64,000 nucleotides of DNA from Candidatus Eiseniibacteriota bacterium (GTDB lineage: Bacteria > Eisenbacteria > RBG-16-71-46 > CAVPCR01), in the NCBI GenBank assembly GCA_963702435.1, contig CAVPCR010000001.1, positions 1,056,001-1,120,000 on the forward strand, read 5' to 3'. Under the pieces are notes generated by a model, which saw nothing but the letters and a program-made list of their open reading frames with translations, was not told where the DNA came from and did not search any database. Within the stretch, counting starts at the first letter, position 1. Every line of letters begins with the position of its first letter. This document shows positions 9,738-19,884 of this stretch, piece after piece. The position numbers and the translations under genes are program-made.

Positions 9738-11360
9738 ATGCCCAGATTGAGCCGATCCGTCCACATCGCTCTGCGCCCCTGCTTGCCCATGGCGCTCTTC
9801 GGTTGCCTGATCCTCCTCCTGGCCGCCTCCTGCGGCGACGACGGCCCGACCAACCCGAACGGCAACGACGCAAAGGGGTACATCGCCGGCTTCGCGTTCA
9901 TCCTCGAGCCGGAGCACATGACGCAGATCAAGATCGAGATCTTCGACGCGGACGATGAGAAGGTGAGCACGGTCTTCCCCGACGACGAGGGGCGCTTCGT
10001 GAGCGATCCCCTCGAGCAGGGCACCTACGATGTCACCGCGTCGATCGAGCTCCCGGGCTACTTCCCCGGACGCCTCAACAACGTCGTGGTCGTACCGGAC
10101 GACACGACCGCAGTCGAGATCGCCGTGCAGGACACCTCGCGCGTGCAGTTCTCCAATCTGCTGCCCGAAGATAACTCCCAGTACGTCGAGCGCCGGCCGC
10201 TCATCGGGGGCGAGTTCCGGAGCGCCGGGGCCGGCTACCGCCTGAACTCCTTCGATCTGCGCATGAACGGCGAACCCATCACGGACGTCGAGATCACGGA
10301 GATCGACCCGGAGCACCACGCGACCTTCGCCTACACGCCGCCGGCCAACCTGCGGCCGGGCTGGGTGGAGTTGCGGCTCAGCGTCTTCACGCAGGCCAAC
10401 AACCAGTCGGTCACCGCCTGGCGCTTCTACATCCTCGAAGGCATCGCGCGCCGCGTGCCGAGCGAGTATCCGACCATCCAGAGCGCGCTCCTTGCGTGCA
10501 ACGACGGGGACACGGTGCTCGTCGCACCCGGCACCCACGACGCGAACCAGATCACCGTGCTCACCGACGTGGTGTTCTTGAGCGAGAGCGGCCCCGATGC
10601 GACCACGCTCCGCGCCTCCGACGACCGGCATTTCCGGATCCCGGGGATCGACCGCCGGGTGACCATCAAGGGATTCACCCTGACCGGCGGCCGCACGAGC
10701 CCCGTGGAGCCGGGCGGGTCGATCCTCATCGACGAGGCGGATGTCCTCATCGAGAACTGCATCTTCACCGACAACTCGTCGGGTGACCGCGGCGGCGCCG
10801 TGGCCATCTTCGACTCCTACTCGCGAGTCCACAACTGCTCGTTCATCGCCAATCGCGGCTATCGCGGGGGCGCCATCGCCGTCTTCGACCGTGCCGCGCC
10901 GGAGATCACGAACTGCGTCTTCATCCGCAACATCGGGACCAACGGCCTGGGCGGGGCGATCTTCGTGCGCTCGGCCGCCGCCAGCGTGTACAACAACACC
11001 TTCTACCGGAACGAGGCGGCCCAGGGCAGCGGGATCTACCTCGACTTCGACCCGGTCCCGGCCTTCGTCACGAGCGACTCGAACATCTTCGCCGAGAACA
11101 GGGCCGCGACCGGCGGCGGCACGATCGTCTTCAACTCCTCGCAGCTCAGCTCGAACTGCGACGGCTTCCATCGCAACGTGGGCTTGCTCATCGACGGGAT
11201 CGGCGGCGCTCCGGAGGTGAACCGGATTCTCGACCTGGCGTCCGATGCGGATCCCATGTACTGCGATGCGGGCGCCGAGGACCTCCACCTCCAGCCCGGA
11301 TCCCCCTTCAATGACGCTGAGTGTCAACGCGGAGCCTATCCCCCAGGATGCAATCCCTGA
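9738..11360 (+). CDS. Lipoprotein with Ig/carboxypeptidase-regulatory-like domains and a right-handed beta-helix (pectin-lyase/Pmp-like) domain
   Basis: LLLAASC lipobox; VPSEYPTIQSAL...GDTVLVAPG; repeated NCxFxxN...GGAI motifs. Confidence 0.75.
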   Translation: MPRLSRSVHIALRPCLPMALFGCLILLLAASCGDDGPTNPNGNDAKGYIAGFAFILEPEHMTQIKIEIFDADDEKVSTVFPDDEGRFVSDPLEQGTYDVTASIELPGYFPGRLNNVVVVPDDTTAVEIAVQDTSRVQFSNLLPEDNSQYVERRPLIGGEFRSAGAGYRLNSFDLRMNGEPITDVEITEIDPEHHATFAYTPPANLRPGWVELRLSVFTQANNQSVTAWRFYILEGIARRVPSEYPTIQSALLACNDGDTVLVAPGTHDANQITVLTDVVFLSESGPDATTLRASDDRHFRIPGIDRRVTIKGFTLTGGRTSPVEPGGSILIDEADVLIENCIFTDNSSGDRGGAVAIFDSYSRVHNCSFIANRGYRGGAIAVFDRAAPEITNCVFIRNIGTNGLGGAIFVRSAAASVYNNTFYRNEAAQGSGIYLDFDPVPAFVTSDSNIFAENRAATGGGTIVFNSSQLSSNCDGFHRNVGLLIDGIGGAPEVNRILDLASDADPMYCDAGAEDLHLQPGSPFNDAECQRGAYPPGCNP

Positions 11361-12751
11361 TCAACGACAGATGGGGCGAGCGGAAGCGGCAGCGGCCGCT
11401 CGCCCCGCGTCTTCCCCTCTGCACGATCCTCCTCCTCGCGGCGGCAGCGGCGGCGACCGGAGCGGCAGCCGACCCCCCGGCCGCAGACCCGACCTCGGCA
11501 CCTGCCGGCACGCCGGCGGCGTTCCTCGGCCCGCCGACCTTCAGGTACGAAGAGCGCATCCCGCTCTCGCGCGAGCAGCACGCGCAGGCCGTCTCCGCCG
11601 TCAATCACATCTACAACTTCGAGTTCGAGGCGGCCCTCAGCGAGGCGAAGGCGATCGACGCGGTCGACCCGAAGAGCCCGCTCGGCGACCTCCTCCTTGC
11701 CGAGGCCTACTGGTGGCAGGCGATCAACAACCTCGACCGGCCCGAGTTCGTGACCGAGTTCCGCAAGCATGCGAACGCCGGCATCGCCGCCAGCGAGAAG
11801 CTCCTCGAACGCGACGATCGCGACCCGTTCGCTCTGTTCGCCCTCGGCGGGCTCAACGGGCGGAAGGCCATCCTCGACGGCCTCACCGGGAAGCGGCTCG
11901 AATCGGTCAACACGGCGGTCACCGCCCGGAAGTACCTCAGGCTCCTGAATCGCTACCACCCCGACATGGAGGACGCGTACTTCGGGCTCGGGGTCTACGA
12001 TTACTTCGCGGCGGAACTCCCGTGGTTCGCCCGCCTTCTCTCGCGCTTCCTGCTCGGCCTCGCCGGCGACAAGGAGCGCGGTCTCGCCGAGATGGAGCGG
12101 GCGGCGCGGGGAGGGCTCTTCACACAGGTCGACTCCCGCGTCTTCCTCGCCATCGCCTACCTGGATACCGAGGGGCGGTACGACGAAGCGCTCGCCATCC
12201 TCCGGGGTCTCCACGACACCTATCCGCGCAATCTGGACTTCTACGGCATGCTCGGCTTCGCCTACCGGACGGAGAAGGACTGGGACAACGCGATCGCCAT
12301 CCTCGAGGAGATGGTCGCCAAGGCGAAGACCGAGCCCGTCCTCGGTCGCCAGTCGCGCGACATGACGACCTACTTCCTGGCCAACACCTACAAGGTGGCC
12401 GGGCTCTTCGACCGCGCGGCACCGCTTCTCGACGAGGTCGTCACCGACCCCAATCCCGCCACGCAGTGGCTCACGGCGACCGCCCTGATCGAGCGCGGGC
12501 GGGTCCACGATGCGGAGGGGAGACGCATGGCGGCGATCAACGACTACCAGCGCGTCCTCACCCTCAAGGACTTCCGCGGCTCCCACGACAAGGCCCGCTC
12601 TCACATCTCCACGGCCTACGTGGTGCCGGCCGAGGAACGGAGTCACTACGTGAAAGCGGGCGGCGCGAGCGGGGCGGACAGCGGCGAAGGCGGCACCGGC
12701 CGCCCGGCGACGCCGGCGGGCGGCGAGAACCGCGCTTCGGACTTGCGCTGA
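11348..12751 (+). CDS. Exported TPR-repeat protein
   Basis: Signal-like hydrophobic N-terminus; DAYFGLGVYDY, GDKERGL and several TPR-like helix pairs. Confidence 0.7.
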   Translation: MQSLINDRWGERKRQRPLAPRLPLCTILLLAAAAAATGAAADPPAADPTSAPAGTPAAFLGPPTFRYEERIPLSREQHAQAVSAVNHIYNFEFEAALSEAKAIDAVDPKSPLGDLLLAEAYWWQAINNLDRPEFVTEFRKHANAGIAASEKLLERDDRDPFALFALGGLNGRKAILDGLTGKRLESVNTAVTARKYLRLLNRYHPDMEDAYFGLGVYDYFAAELPWFARLLSRFLLGLAGDKERGLAEMERAARGGLFTQVDSRVFLAIAYLDTEGRYDEALAILRGLHDTYPRNLDFYGMLGFAYRTEKDWDNAIAILEEMVAKAKTEPVLGRQSRDMTTYFLANTYKVAGLFDRAAPLLDEVVTDPNPATQWLTATALIERGRVHDAEGRRMAAINDYQRVLTLKDFRGSHDKARSHISTAYVVPAEERSHYVKAGGASGADSGEGGTGRPATPAGGENRASDLR

Positions 12752-12785
12752 ACGCGCGGGGATATCATCGGGGCGGGCGACGGTG

Positions 12786-14879
12786 ATGTGGGCGGGTGCG
12801 CTGGCTTTCCTCCTCCCGTTCGCGCTCTACATCGCGACCCGCGCGCCCGATCTCACCTTCATCGACTCGGGCGAGCTGGCGGCGGCCGCGGCCACGCTCG
12901 GCATCCCGCACCCTACCGGGTATCCGCTCTACACGCTCCTCGGGCGCGCGCTCTGCGCGCTCCCCGGGCCGCTCGCCCCGATCACGCGGCTCACGCTCTT
13001 CTCGGCGGCGGCCGGCGCCGGCGCCGCGGCGCTCGTCTACGCCACGGGGCGCCGCCTCCTCGCGGCGACGGGTCTCCCGCGCCCGGCGGCCACCGCCGGC
13101 GGGCTCGCCGCCGGACTCCTCCTCGCCGCGGGCCGGACCGTGTGGGGGCAAGCGGTCATCGTCGAGGTGTACGCGCTCCACCTCCTTCTCGTCGCCGCGC
13201 TCCTCCACCTCGCGCTCCGCGCGACGACGGAGGAACGAGGCGGCATCGGGGACAGCGGCATCGGGGACAGCGGCGGCGGTGACGGGGACGGCCAGGGCCA
13301 TGAGGGGCGCGGCCACGGCGGCCATCAGCGCCATCTCCTGCTACTCGCCTACGGCGCGGGTCTCACCGTCGGGAATCACCTCTCGACGATCTTCCTCCTG
13401 CCGGTGCTCGCGATCTGGATCCTGCGCGCGGGCGGGTCTGCCGCGCTGCGCCGCGACGGGCTCCGGCTCGCCCTCGCCTTTCTCGCCGGCGCCTCGATCT
13501 ACGCGTACCTGCCGCTCCGCTCGGCCCTCGACCCGCCGCTCGACTGGGGCGATCCCGCGGAGAACCTCGGCGCCTTCTACCGGCACGCGACCGGCGCCGT
13601 CTATCGCGTGTGGTTCCTGTCCGGCACGGCGGTCGCCGGGAAGCAGCTCGTGCGCTTCATCGAGCTCCTGACGGTCGAGATGACGCCGCTCGCGCTCCTG
13701 CCGGCCGCCGCCGGGCTCGTCATCCTCTGGCGGCGCGCGCGGCGCGCGGCGGAAGCGACCACGCTCCTCTTCCTGCTCAACGTTGCCTACGCCATCAACT
13801 ACGACATCCACGACATCGACTCGTACTTCCTGCCGGCCTTCCTGGTCCTCGCGCTGTGGGCGGGGACGGGCATCGGCGCCGCGTTCGCGGCGCTCGTCGC
13901 TCGCGGCGGCGCGACGGCGAGACGCGCGCCGGCCGTGGCGGCCGCCGCCCTTGCCGTCCCGGTCATCGCCATCGCCTGGAACTTCCGCGCGGCCGACCAG
14001 CACACCAATCACCTGGTTCCCGACTACACCGCGGCCATGTTCGCCTCGCTCGAGCCCGGGGCTGTGATCCTGAGCCGCCAGTGGGATCACTTCTGCTCGG
14101 CCGCGATCTACGAGCAGCTCGTGCGCGAGAGGCGGCACGACGTCACGATCGTCGAGAAGGAGCTCCTCCGCCGCCGCTGGTACCTCCGGCAACTCGGGCG
14201 ATGGGATCCCGAGCTCACGGCCGGCTGCCGGGACCTGATCGCCGAGTTCGATGCGGCGCTCATTCCCTTCGAGGCGAAGCGGGCGGTCGACGGGGAGGCT
14301 CTGCAGGCGCTCTACGTCGAGATGATCAATTGCCTCCTCGCGCGGGCGGCGGCGACGCGGCCCACCTATCTCACTCCCGACGCTCTCGAGCCCGGAATCG
14401 CCCGCGACTGGACGCCGGTCCCCGCGGGGCTCGCCATGCGGCTCTACCGGGAACTGCCGCCGGAGCCGCCGCCCGCCCCGGAGCCGCCGCCTCTCGACAC
14501 GGTCCGGGATCTCGCCGCCGCGTTCGCGAGCGGGATCCCGCTCCGCGAGCAGCTGGCCGGCCTCGTGCTCGAGATGGAGGCCCGGCGCGCGATCTATCTC
14601 TACGAAACGGGAGACCCGGCCGCCGCCATCGCCGCGCTCGACCGCGTGCTGGCGCGCGTTCCTGCCTACACGAACGCCACGCGCGTGCGGAACGCGATGC
14701 GCGCGGAGAGCGAGAACGCGCGCGCCCCACGAGGGCCGGCCGGCAGCGGCGGCACAACCGGCAGCGGCGGCGCAACCGGCGGCGGCACATCCGGCGGCGG
14801 CGGCACAACCGGCAGCGGCGGCGCGGCCGGCGGCTCCGGCGGCGGCGGACCGGATCGCCGGACCGGGCGCGAACCTTGA
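12786..14879 (+). CDS. DUF2723 / TMEM260-like GT-C membrane glycosyltransferase with C-terminal TPR-like region
   Basis: DSGELAAAAATLGIPHPTGYPLY, WGQAVIVEVYALH, YLPLRS..PLDWGDP; many TM helices. Confidence 0.85.
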   Translation: MWAGALAFLLPFALYIATRAPDLTFIDSGELAAAAATLGIPHPTGYPLYTLLGRALCALPGPLAPITRLTLFSAAAGAGAAALVYATGRRLLAATGLPRPAATAGGLAAGLLLAAGRTVWGQAVIVEVYALHLLLVAALLHLALRATTEERGGIGDSGIGDSGGGDGDGQGHEGRGHGGHQRHLLLLAYGAGLTVGNHLSTIFLLPVLAIWILRAGGSAALRRDGLRLALAFLAGASIYAYLPLRSALDPPLDWGDPAENLGAFYRHATGAVYRVWFLSGTAVAGKQLVRFIELLTVEMTPLALLPAAAGLVILWRRARRAAEATTLLFLLNVAYAINYDIHDIDSYFLPAFLVLALWAGTGIGAAFAALVARGGATARRAPAVAAAALAVPVIAIAWNFRAADQHTNHLVPDYTAAMFASLEPGAVILSRQWDHFCSAAIYEQLVRERRHDVTIVEKELLRRRWYLRQLGRWDPELTAGCRDLIAEFDAALIPFEAKRAVDGEALQALYVEMINCLLARAAATRPTYLTPDALEPGIARDWTPVPAGLAMRLYRELPPEPPPAPEPPPLDTVRDLAAAFASGIPLREQLAGLVLEMEARRAIYLYETGDPAAAIAALDRVLARVPAYTNATRVRNAMRAESENARAPRGPAGSGGTTGSGGATGGGTSGGGGTTGSGGAAGGSGGGGPDRRTGREP

Positions 14880-14978
14880 CCCGGCCGGCGCGCCCTTGTT
14901 ACGGTGCGAGGCCATTCGAACGCACAACGCTCCCCCGAACCGGGCACCACCGACCGCCGGCCCGCAAGGACACGCTCC

Positions 14979-15686
14979 ATGTTCTCGACCAGGATTCCCA
15001 TTGCCGCCGCCCGTGATCCGCAGACCGGTCTCATCCCCTGCCTCGCCTGCACCCAGTGCTGCCACTACGTGGCCATCGAGGTCGACACGCCCGAGTCGCG
15101 CCGGGATTTCGACAACATCCGCTGGTACCTCTATCACCCGGGAATCGAGGTCTTCATCGACCAGGATGACAACTGGAACGTCCTCTTCCACTCGCGCTGC
15201 GAGAACCTGCAGGACGACGGGAAGTGCGGCGTCTACGAGACCCGCCCCGCGATCTGCCGCGAGTACGACAACACGAGCTGCGAGCCGAACAACGATGAGC
15301 CGGCCGAGAAGGTGATCCTCCGCACGGCGGCGGATCTCGACCACTGGATGCGCATCACGCGCACGCAGGATCGCCTCGTCCTCCAGGAGGCGGCGGCCGA
15401 GCGCCGGCGCGAACGACGCGCGGCGGCGCGCGCCGCGGCCCTTGCCGGGACGGACGCCGGGGCGAAGGGCCGCGGCAAGAGGGCCGCCCAGGCCGGAACC
15501 AAGGGCCGGACCAAGGCGGGTGGCCGGGCTCGCAGCGGCGCGCGGGCGGAGTCGGCGGTCACGCGCACCCACGCCGGCGCTTCCCCGGCCGGCAGGAAGA
15601 ACGGCCGCCCTCCTCGAGCCGGCCGCAATGGCGGGCCGAAGACCGCCTCGCCGGCGCGGTCCGGGTCCGGCCGCGCCTCCCGATAG
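14979..15686 (+). CDS. YkgJ-family (CxxCxxCC) cysteine-cluster protein with a long basic C-terminal tail
   Basis: CLACTQCC...RCENL...KCGVYETRPAICREY. Confidence 0.8.
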   Translation: MFSTRIPIAAARDPQTGLIPCLACTQCCHYVAIEVDTPESRRDFDNIRWYLYHPGIEVFIDQDDNWNVLFHSRCENLQDDGKCGVYETRPAICREYDNTSCEPNNDEPAEKVILRTAADLDHWMRITRTQDRLVLQEAAAERRRERRAAARAAALAGTDAGAKGRGKRAAQAGTKGRTKAGGRARSGARAESAVTRTHAGASPAGRKNGRPPRAGRNGGPKTASPARSGSGRASR

Positions 15687-15692
15687 CCTGGT

Positions 15693-15786
15693 CCGGGCCT
15701 CCCGGTAGCGTGGGCCGGGGCCTCCCGGTAACCGGCCGGGCCTCCCGGTAGCGTGGGCCGGGGCCTCCCGGTAACCGGCCGGGCCT
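15693..15786. repeat. Tandem repeat with ~43 bp period built from GGGCCTCCCGGTA subunits
   Basis: GGGCCTCCCGGTA occurs 4 times, alternately followed by GCGTGGGCCG or ACCGGCC. Confidence 0.8.
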
Positions 15787-15944
15787 CGCGCCCGCCGTCC
15801 CATGCCGGTCCGGGGGCCTCGCGCCCGCCGGACCCGCCTGGGGTGCATCCGCCTTCGTCCCCTTCACCCCGTTTTCAATCAAGCCGGTCCCGAGCCAGGC
15901 CGATACACCCACTGGGGCCTTTCCCACAACCGTCCTAGGGGGAG

Positions 15945-16547
15945 ATGAAGATGTTCAATTCCGGAAGCAAGCAGACCATGCGTGAGGAGCCGCGCGAGAT
16001 GTCCCGGCCGGTCGAGAGCGGCAGCCGTTCGGGTTCGGCGAGCAGCACGGTGATCGGCGAGGGTGCGCACATCGACGGATCGATCAAGGTCACCGGTTCG
16101 CTGCGCGTGGACGGGGAGATCGAGGGCGGGGCCGTGATCACGACCGAGAACCTGAACGTGGGCGCCAAGGGCCAGATCAAGGCCGATCTCGCCGTCAAGC
16201 AGGCGATCATCTCGGGCACGGTCAATGGCAAGATCCGCGCGCGCGAGCGCGTGGAACTCCTCGCCGGCGCGCACGTGCGCGGCGATGTGTATGCGCAGAG
16301 CTTCAAGATCGAGGATGGCGTCTTCTTCCACGGCACCTGCGTCATGGGCGAGGCGGCGGCCTCCGAGGTCGAGGCGGCGATGGCTCCCGTGACCAAGATG
16401 AGCGACTCGAGCCACAAGAACCAGCGCGGTCAGACCGGCCCGAGCGCGACGAGCACGACGACCGGCCCGACCACGACCAGCGGCAGCGAGAAGTCGAACG
16501 TCACGGACATCCCGCACCCGTACCAGAGCGACAAGCGCGCCGCCTAG
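15945..16547 (+). CDS. Bactofilin (polymer-forming cytoskeletal protein)
   Basis: TVIGEGAHIDGSI...LRVDGEIEG...ISGTVNGKI...VRGDV...IEDGVFFHGTCVM; GGGGAG ribosome-binding site. Confidence 0.9.
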   Translation: MKMFNSGSKQTMREEPREMSRPVESGSRSGSASSTVIGEGAHIDGSIKVTGSLRVDGEIEGGAVITTENLNVGAKGQIKADLAVKQAIISGTVNGKIRARERVELLAGAHVRGDVYAQSFKIEDGVFFHGTCVMGEAAASEVEAAMAPVTKMSDSSHKNQRGQTGPSATSTTTGPTTTSGSEKSNVTDIPHPYQSDKRAA

Positions 16548-16585
16548 CGGTCGCGCCGAGCGGCTCCGGCCGAGGCCCCCCGGGC

Positions 16586-16630
16586 GAAGCCCCCGTGCGC
16601 AGCGCATGAAGCGCTGCACGCGGGGGCTTC
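16586..16630. terminator. 20-bp-stem hairpin between the convergent bactofilin and cutA genes (probable bidirectional terminator)
   Basis: GAAGCCCCCGTGCGCAGCGC-ATGAA-GCGCTGCACGCGGGGGCTTC, two non-Watson-Crick positions. Confidence 0.6.
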
Positions 16631-16685
16631 CTGTTGGCGGGGCCGACCTCCGGCGGGGCGGGAGCCCCTTCCGGCCGGGGCGGCT

Positions 16686-17033
16686 CTACTCGGCAGTCGT
16701 CTCCGCGAGCACCCAGCGCGCATACGGCGCGCTCACGCGATCGGCGGGCACGGCGAGGATCTCCGGCACCTGGTAGGGATGGATCTCGCCGAGCGCGGCG
16801 ATGAGTTCGTCGAGCCGCGCGCGCTCGGTCTTCAATATCGCGAGCACCTCGCTCGTATCCTCGATCTGCCCCTGCCAGCGATAGATGCTGCGCGCGCCGG
16901 ACACGATGTTCATGCAGGCGGCGAGCCGGCGCCGGACGAGCTCGCGCCCGACGCGGGCGGCGGCTGCCTCGTCCGCGAACGTCGAGAAGACGATGACCAC
17001 AGCACCGGACTCGGCGTCGGATATTGGTTCCAC
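16686..17033 (-). CDS. cutA: Divalent-cation tolerance protein CutA
   Basis: RRLAACMNI..SIYRWQG..E...LKT...HPYQVPEI. Confidence 0.92.
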   Translation of the reverse strand: MEPISDAESGAVVIVFSTFADEAAAARVGRELVRRRLAACMNIVSGARSIYRWQGQIEDTSEVLAILKTERARLDELIAALGEIHPYQVPEILAVPADRVSAPYARWVLAETTAE

Positions 17034-17048
17034 GCTGACCCTCGCCTC

Positions 17049-18479
17049 TCAGGCGCGCGCCCGCGCCGGCGGCGCCGCGCCTGCCGGTAGCCGCTTCGCC
17101 CCGGCCCGCGGCGGCAGCGCCTTCCGGATCCTGAGCGCGAGGATGACGCCGAGCGCCGCGAACGGCGCGAGGAAGATAGGCCAGTAGTGCCAGGACCGCT
17201 CGGTGAGATAGCCGAGGCTGATCGACTGGATGGCGGTGCCGAGGTAGACCGCGCCGTCGATCAGGCCCACCGCGGTCCCGGCGTTCTTCCGCCCGCCGAA
17301 GTCCATGGTCGCGGTGCCGGAGAGGACGCCGTGGGTGCCGATCACCGCATACGAGATGACGATGACGCAGATCCCGAGGACCCACATGTGATTCAGGGAG
17401 AAGATCATGACGACCGTCGCCGCGAGCATGAGAGCGTAGAGGAGCGCCGCCACCGGCCCGCGGCGTGAGCCGAAGATCTTGTCCGAGAGCCATCCGGCGG
17501 TCATGCCGCCGGTGCCCCCGGCGATGAAGAGCACGAGCCCCCAGTTCTCGGTGATGAAGAAGCTCGCCGGGTAGGCCATCTCCTTACCGAAGATGAAGTA
17601 CCAGTGCATGATCCCCTGGCGCAGCACGCCGGTGCAGAACTCGATCCCGGCGATGGTGAGCACGATCGGATTGGTCACCACCTTTCTCAGTATCACGCCG
17701 AGGGGATCGGGCCGGTCGTCCTCGCCGCTCGAGGCGTCGCCGGTGTCGAAGTCGGCGTGTCCGGCCTCGCGCGGATAGTCGCGCACGACGAAGATGTCGA
17801 TGACGACGAAGAGGACGAGAAGGAGCGCCGGGATCCAGAACACCCAGTAGGGAGGGCTCACGAGCTTCGCGCCGCCGGCGCCGCTCGTCGTGTGCAGCGC
17901 ATCCACGATCAGCTGCCCGACCTGGAAGGCGAGGAAGATTCCCGCCGAGATCAGGATGCCGAAGAGTCCGCCGAACATCCCGCGCTCGCGCACATGGAAC
18001 CAGGCGCTGTTCACCTTGACGATGGCCACCGCACCGAAGCTCTGGAAGTACATGTTGAGCGCGTAGAGCAGCGAGAACAGGAGCACCGTGTTGCCGAGGC
18101 GCGCGTAGGTGAGGAGGCCGAGGAGGATATTGGCGATGGCGGCGCCGGCCGCCGAGATGAGGATCGCCTTGCGGCCGCCGATCTTGTCGGTGAGCGGGCC
18201 GTTCAGGAGGAAAGAGAAAGCGTAGGTGATCGTCCCCCAGTAGAAGATGAGGCCGAAGTCCGACTTCGACATCAGATCGCCGAAGGCGTTCTTGGCGACG
18301 GTCAGGTTGTAGCGCCCCATGTAGAGGAGCGCATAGGTGATGCCGAGGGGAACCCAGTTCCAGACGCGCCGCGCGAGGAAGGACCGCGGATGAGCGAGCG
18401 GATTCCCGGCAAGGCGGACGAAGAGCGCCACGACGAGCGTGCTCAGGACGAGCGTGACGAGTATGGTCGCCACCGTCAC
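17049..18479 (-). CDS. MFS transporter, GlpT/UhpT (organophosphate:Pi antiporter)-like
   Basis: YMGRYNL, GPLTDKIGGRK, WFHVRERG, GWLSDKIFGSRRGP, GTAVGLIDG; about 12-13 TM helices. Confidence 0.8.
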   Translation of the reverse strand: MTVATILVTLVLSTLVVALFVRLAGNPLAHPRSFLARRVWNWVPLGITYALLYMGRYNLTVAKNAFGDLMSKSDFGLIFYWGTITYAFSFLLNGPLTDKIGGRKAILISAAGAAIANILLGLLTYARLGNTVLLFSLLYALNMYFQSFGAVAIVKVNSAWFHVRERGMFGGLFGILISAGIFLAFQVGQLIVDALHTTSGAGGAKLVSPPYWVFWIPALLLVLFVVIDIFVVRDYPREAGHADFDTGDASSGEDDRPDPLGVILRKVVTNPIVLTIAGIEFCTGVLRQGIMHWYFIFGKEMAYPASFFITENWGLVLFIAGGTGGMTAGWLSDKIFGSRRGPVAALLYALMLAATVVMIFSLNHMWVLGICVIVISYAVIGTHGVLSGTATMDFGGRKNAGTAVGLIDGAVYLGTAIQSISLGYLTERSWHYWPIFLAPFAALGVILALRIRKALPPRAGAKRLPAGAAPPARARA

Positions 18480-18889
18480 ACCCTCAGGATGCGGGCGGCC
18501 TGCTCGTAGTCCTCCGGCTTCACATAGAGCACGTAGCCGAAGCTGCCGGCGCCGTCGGTGACGCCGTTCCCGGCGTAGATGTTGATCTCGGCATCGGCCA
18601 GCGCGCGGTGGATCTCGATGAGCGCGCCGAGCTCATCGTCGCCCACGATCAGGAAGGCGCGCTGCGGGCCGACGAGGGTCAAGCCCCCGCTCGCGGCCAG
18701 GCGCGCGAGCTCCTCGACGCTCTCGGGGAACAAGGTGAGGCTCGTGTATCCGTGGGCGTCCGGCGTGATGCCGAAGGCGAGGAGATTGATCTCGCTCGCC
18801 GCAAGGTGCGCGAGAAGCTTGTAGGCCTCTCCTGGTTTGTCCTTGACGGTCGTGTAGAAATAGTCGATGCGGCGGACTTTGAGCGCCAT
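18476..18889 (-). CDS. Tandem ACT-domain-like protein
   Basis: VKDKPGEAYKLLAHLAASEINL and DELGALIEIHRALADAEINI (two ACT-like repeats); GGGAGGGG ribosome-binding site. Confidence 0.7.
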   Translation of the reverse strand: MALKVRRIDYFYTTVKDKPGEAYKLLAHLAASEINLLAFGITPDAHGYTSLTLFPESVEELARLAASGGLTLVGPQRAFLIVGDDELGALIEIHRALADAEINIYAGNGVTDGAGSFGYVLYVKPEDYEQAARILRV

Positions 18890-19029
18890 GACCCCTCCCT
18901 GGCGAATCGGCCGGCGGCGGCTCCGAGCGCGCCGCGCGGCGGGGAGTTTACACCCTCGCGTCGCGGAGCGGCACCGCCGAAGCGCGGCCGGGGCGGCCGC
19001 TCGGGCCGCGAGGCCTCCGGTCCGCCGGT

Positions 19030-19875
19030 CTACCCCACGACCGTGCGCGGCGGCGCGGGCGGGATCCCCGGCCGCGGCGTGGCCGCCGGCGGCGCCGTCA
19101 CGAGCCCGGCCGGGGCGCTCCGGGCGTGGCGACCGAGGAGATCCGCCATGAGCTCGCGCTTCATCCACTGGATCGCCTTGGCCGGATCGACGCCCTTGGG
19201 ACAGACCCGGGCGCACTCGCCGGCATAGTGACATCGCCACGGCCCCTGCGTGCCGGCGAGCACGTCCTTGCGCGCGTCGAAGCCCGAGTCCCGGCTGTCC
19301 GCGTTGTAGCGATGCGCCTGGGAGAGGGGCATCGGGCCCGAGAAGAGGACGTCGGTCGCGAGAGTGGGACAGGCAGCCATGCAGCAGCCGCACTTGATGC
19401 AGTAGGAGAACTGGAGGTACTCCTCCATCTCGTGCGTGGTCTGCCGATACTCGCCGCGCGGGTTCTCCTGTTCCTCGGCGTCGGGGCGGATGAGAAAGGG
19501 CTTGAGTGCGGTGTGGCGGTCGAACATCGAGCAGAGATCGGGCACGAGGTCGCGCACGATGTCGAAGTTGGGAAGCGGAGCGACGGTCACCGTGCCGCTC
19601 CCGAGCTCGGCGATCTGCGTATTGCAGGCGAGCCGCGGCTGTCCGTTCACGAGCATGCCGCAGGATCCGCACACGCCCATCCGGCAGGAGGCGCGGAAGG
19701 CGAGCGTCGGATCCATCGTCTCCTTGATCAGCCAGAGGCCGTCGAGCACAGTCATGCCCGGGGCATAGGCGATGCGATAGGTCTGCCAGATCGGCCGCCG
19801 GTCCTCCTCGGGGCGGAAGCGGCGAACGCGGTAGGTGATTTCCCGGGGAGGCTCGAAACCCGCTTTCTCGTTCAT
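19030..19875 (-). CDS. sdhB: Succinate dehydrogenase/fumarate reductase iron-sulfur subunit
   Basis: SCRMGVCGSC..LAC (2Fe-2S), CIKCGCCMAACP (4Fe-4S), CHYAGECARVCP (3Fe-4S). Confidence 0.95.
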   Translation of the reverse strand: MNEKAGFEPPREITYRVRRFRPEEDRRPIWQTYRIAYAPGMTVLDGLWLIKETMDPTLAFRASCRMGVCGSCGMLVNGQPRLACNTQIAELGSGTVTVAPLPNFDIVRDLVPDLCSMFDRHTALKPFLIRPDAEEQENPRGEYRQTTHEMEEYLQFSYCIKCGCCMAACPTLATDVLFSGPMPLSQAHRYNADSRDSGFDARKDVLAGTQGPWRCHYAGECARVCPKGVDPAKAIQWMKRELMADLLGRHARSAPAGLVTAPPAATPRPGIPPAPPRTVVG

Positions 19876-19884
19876 ATCCCTTCC

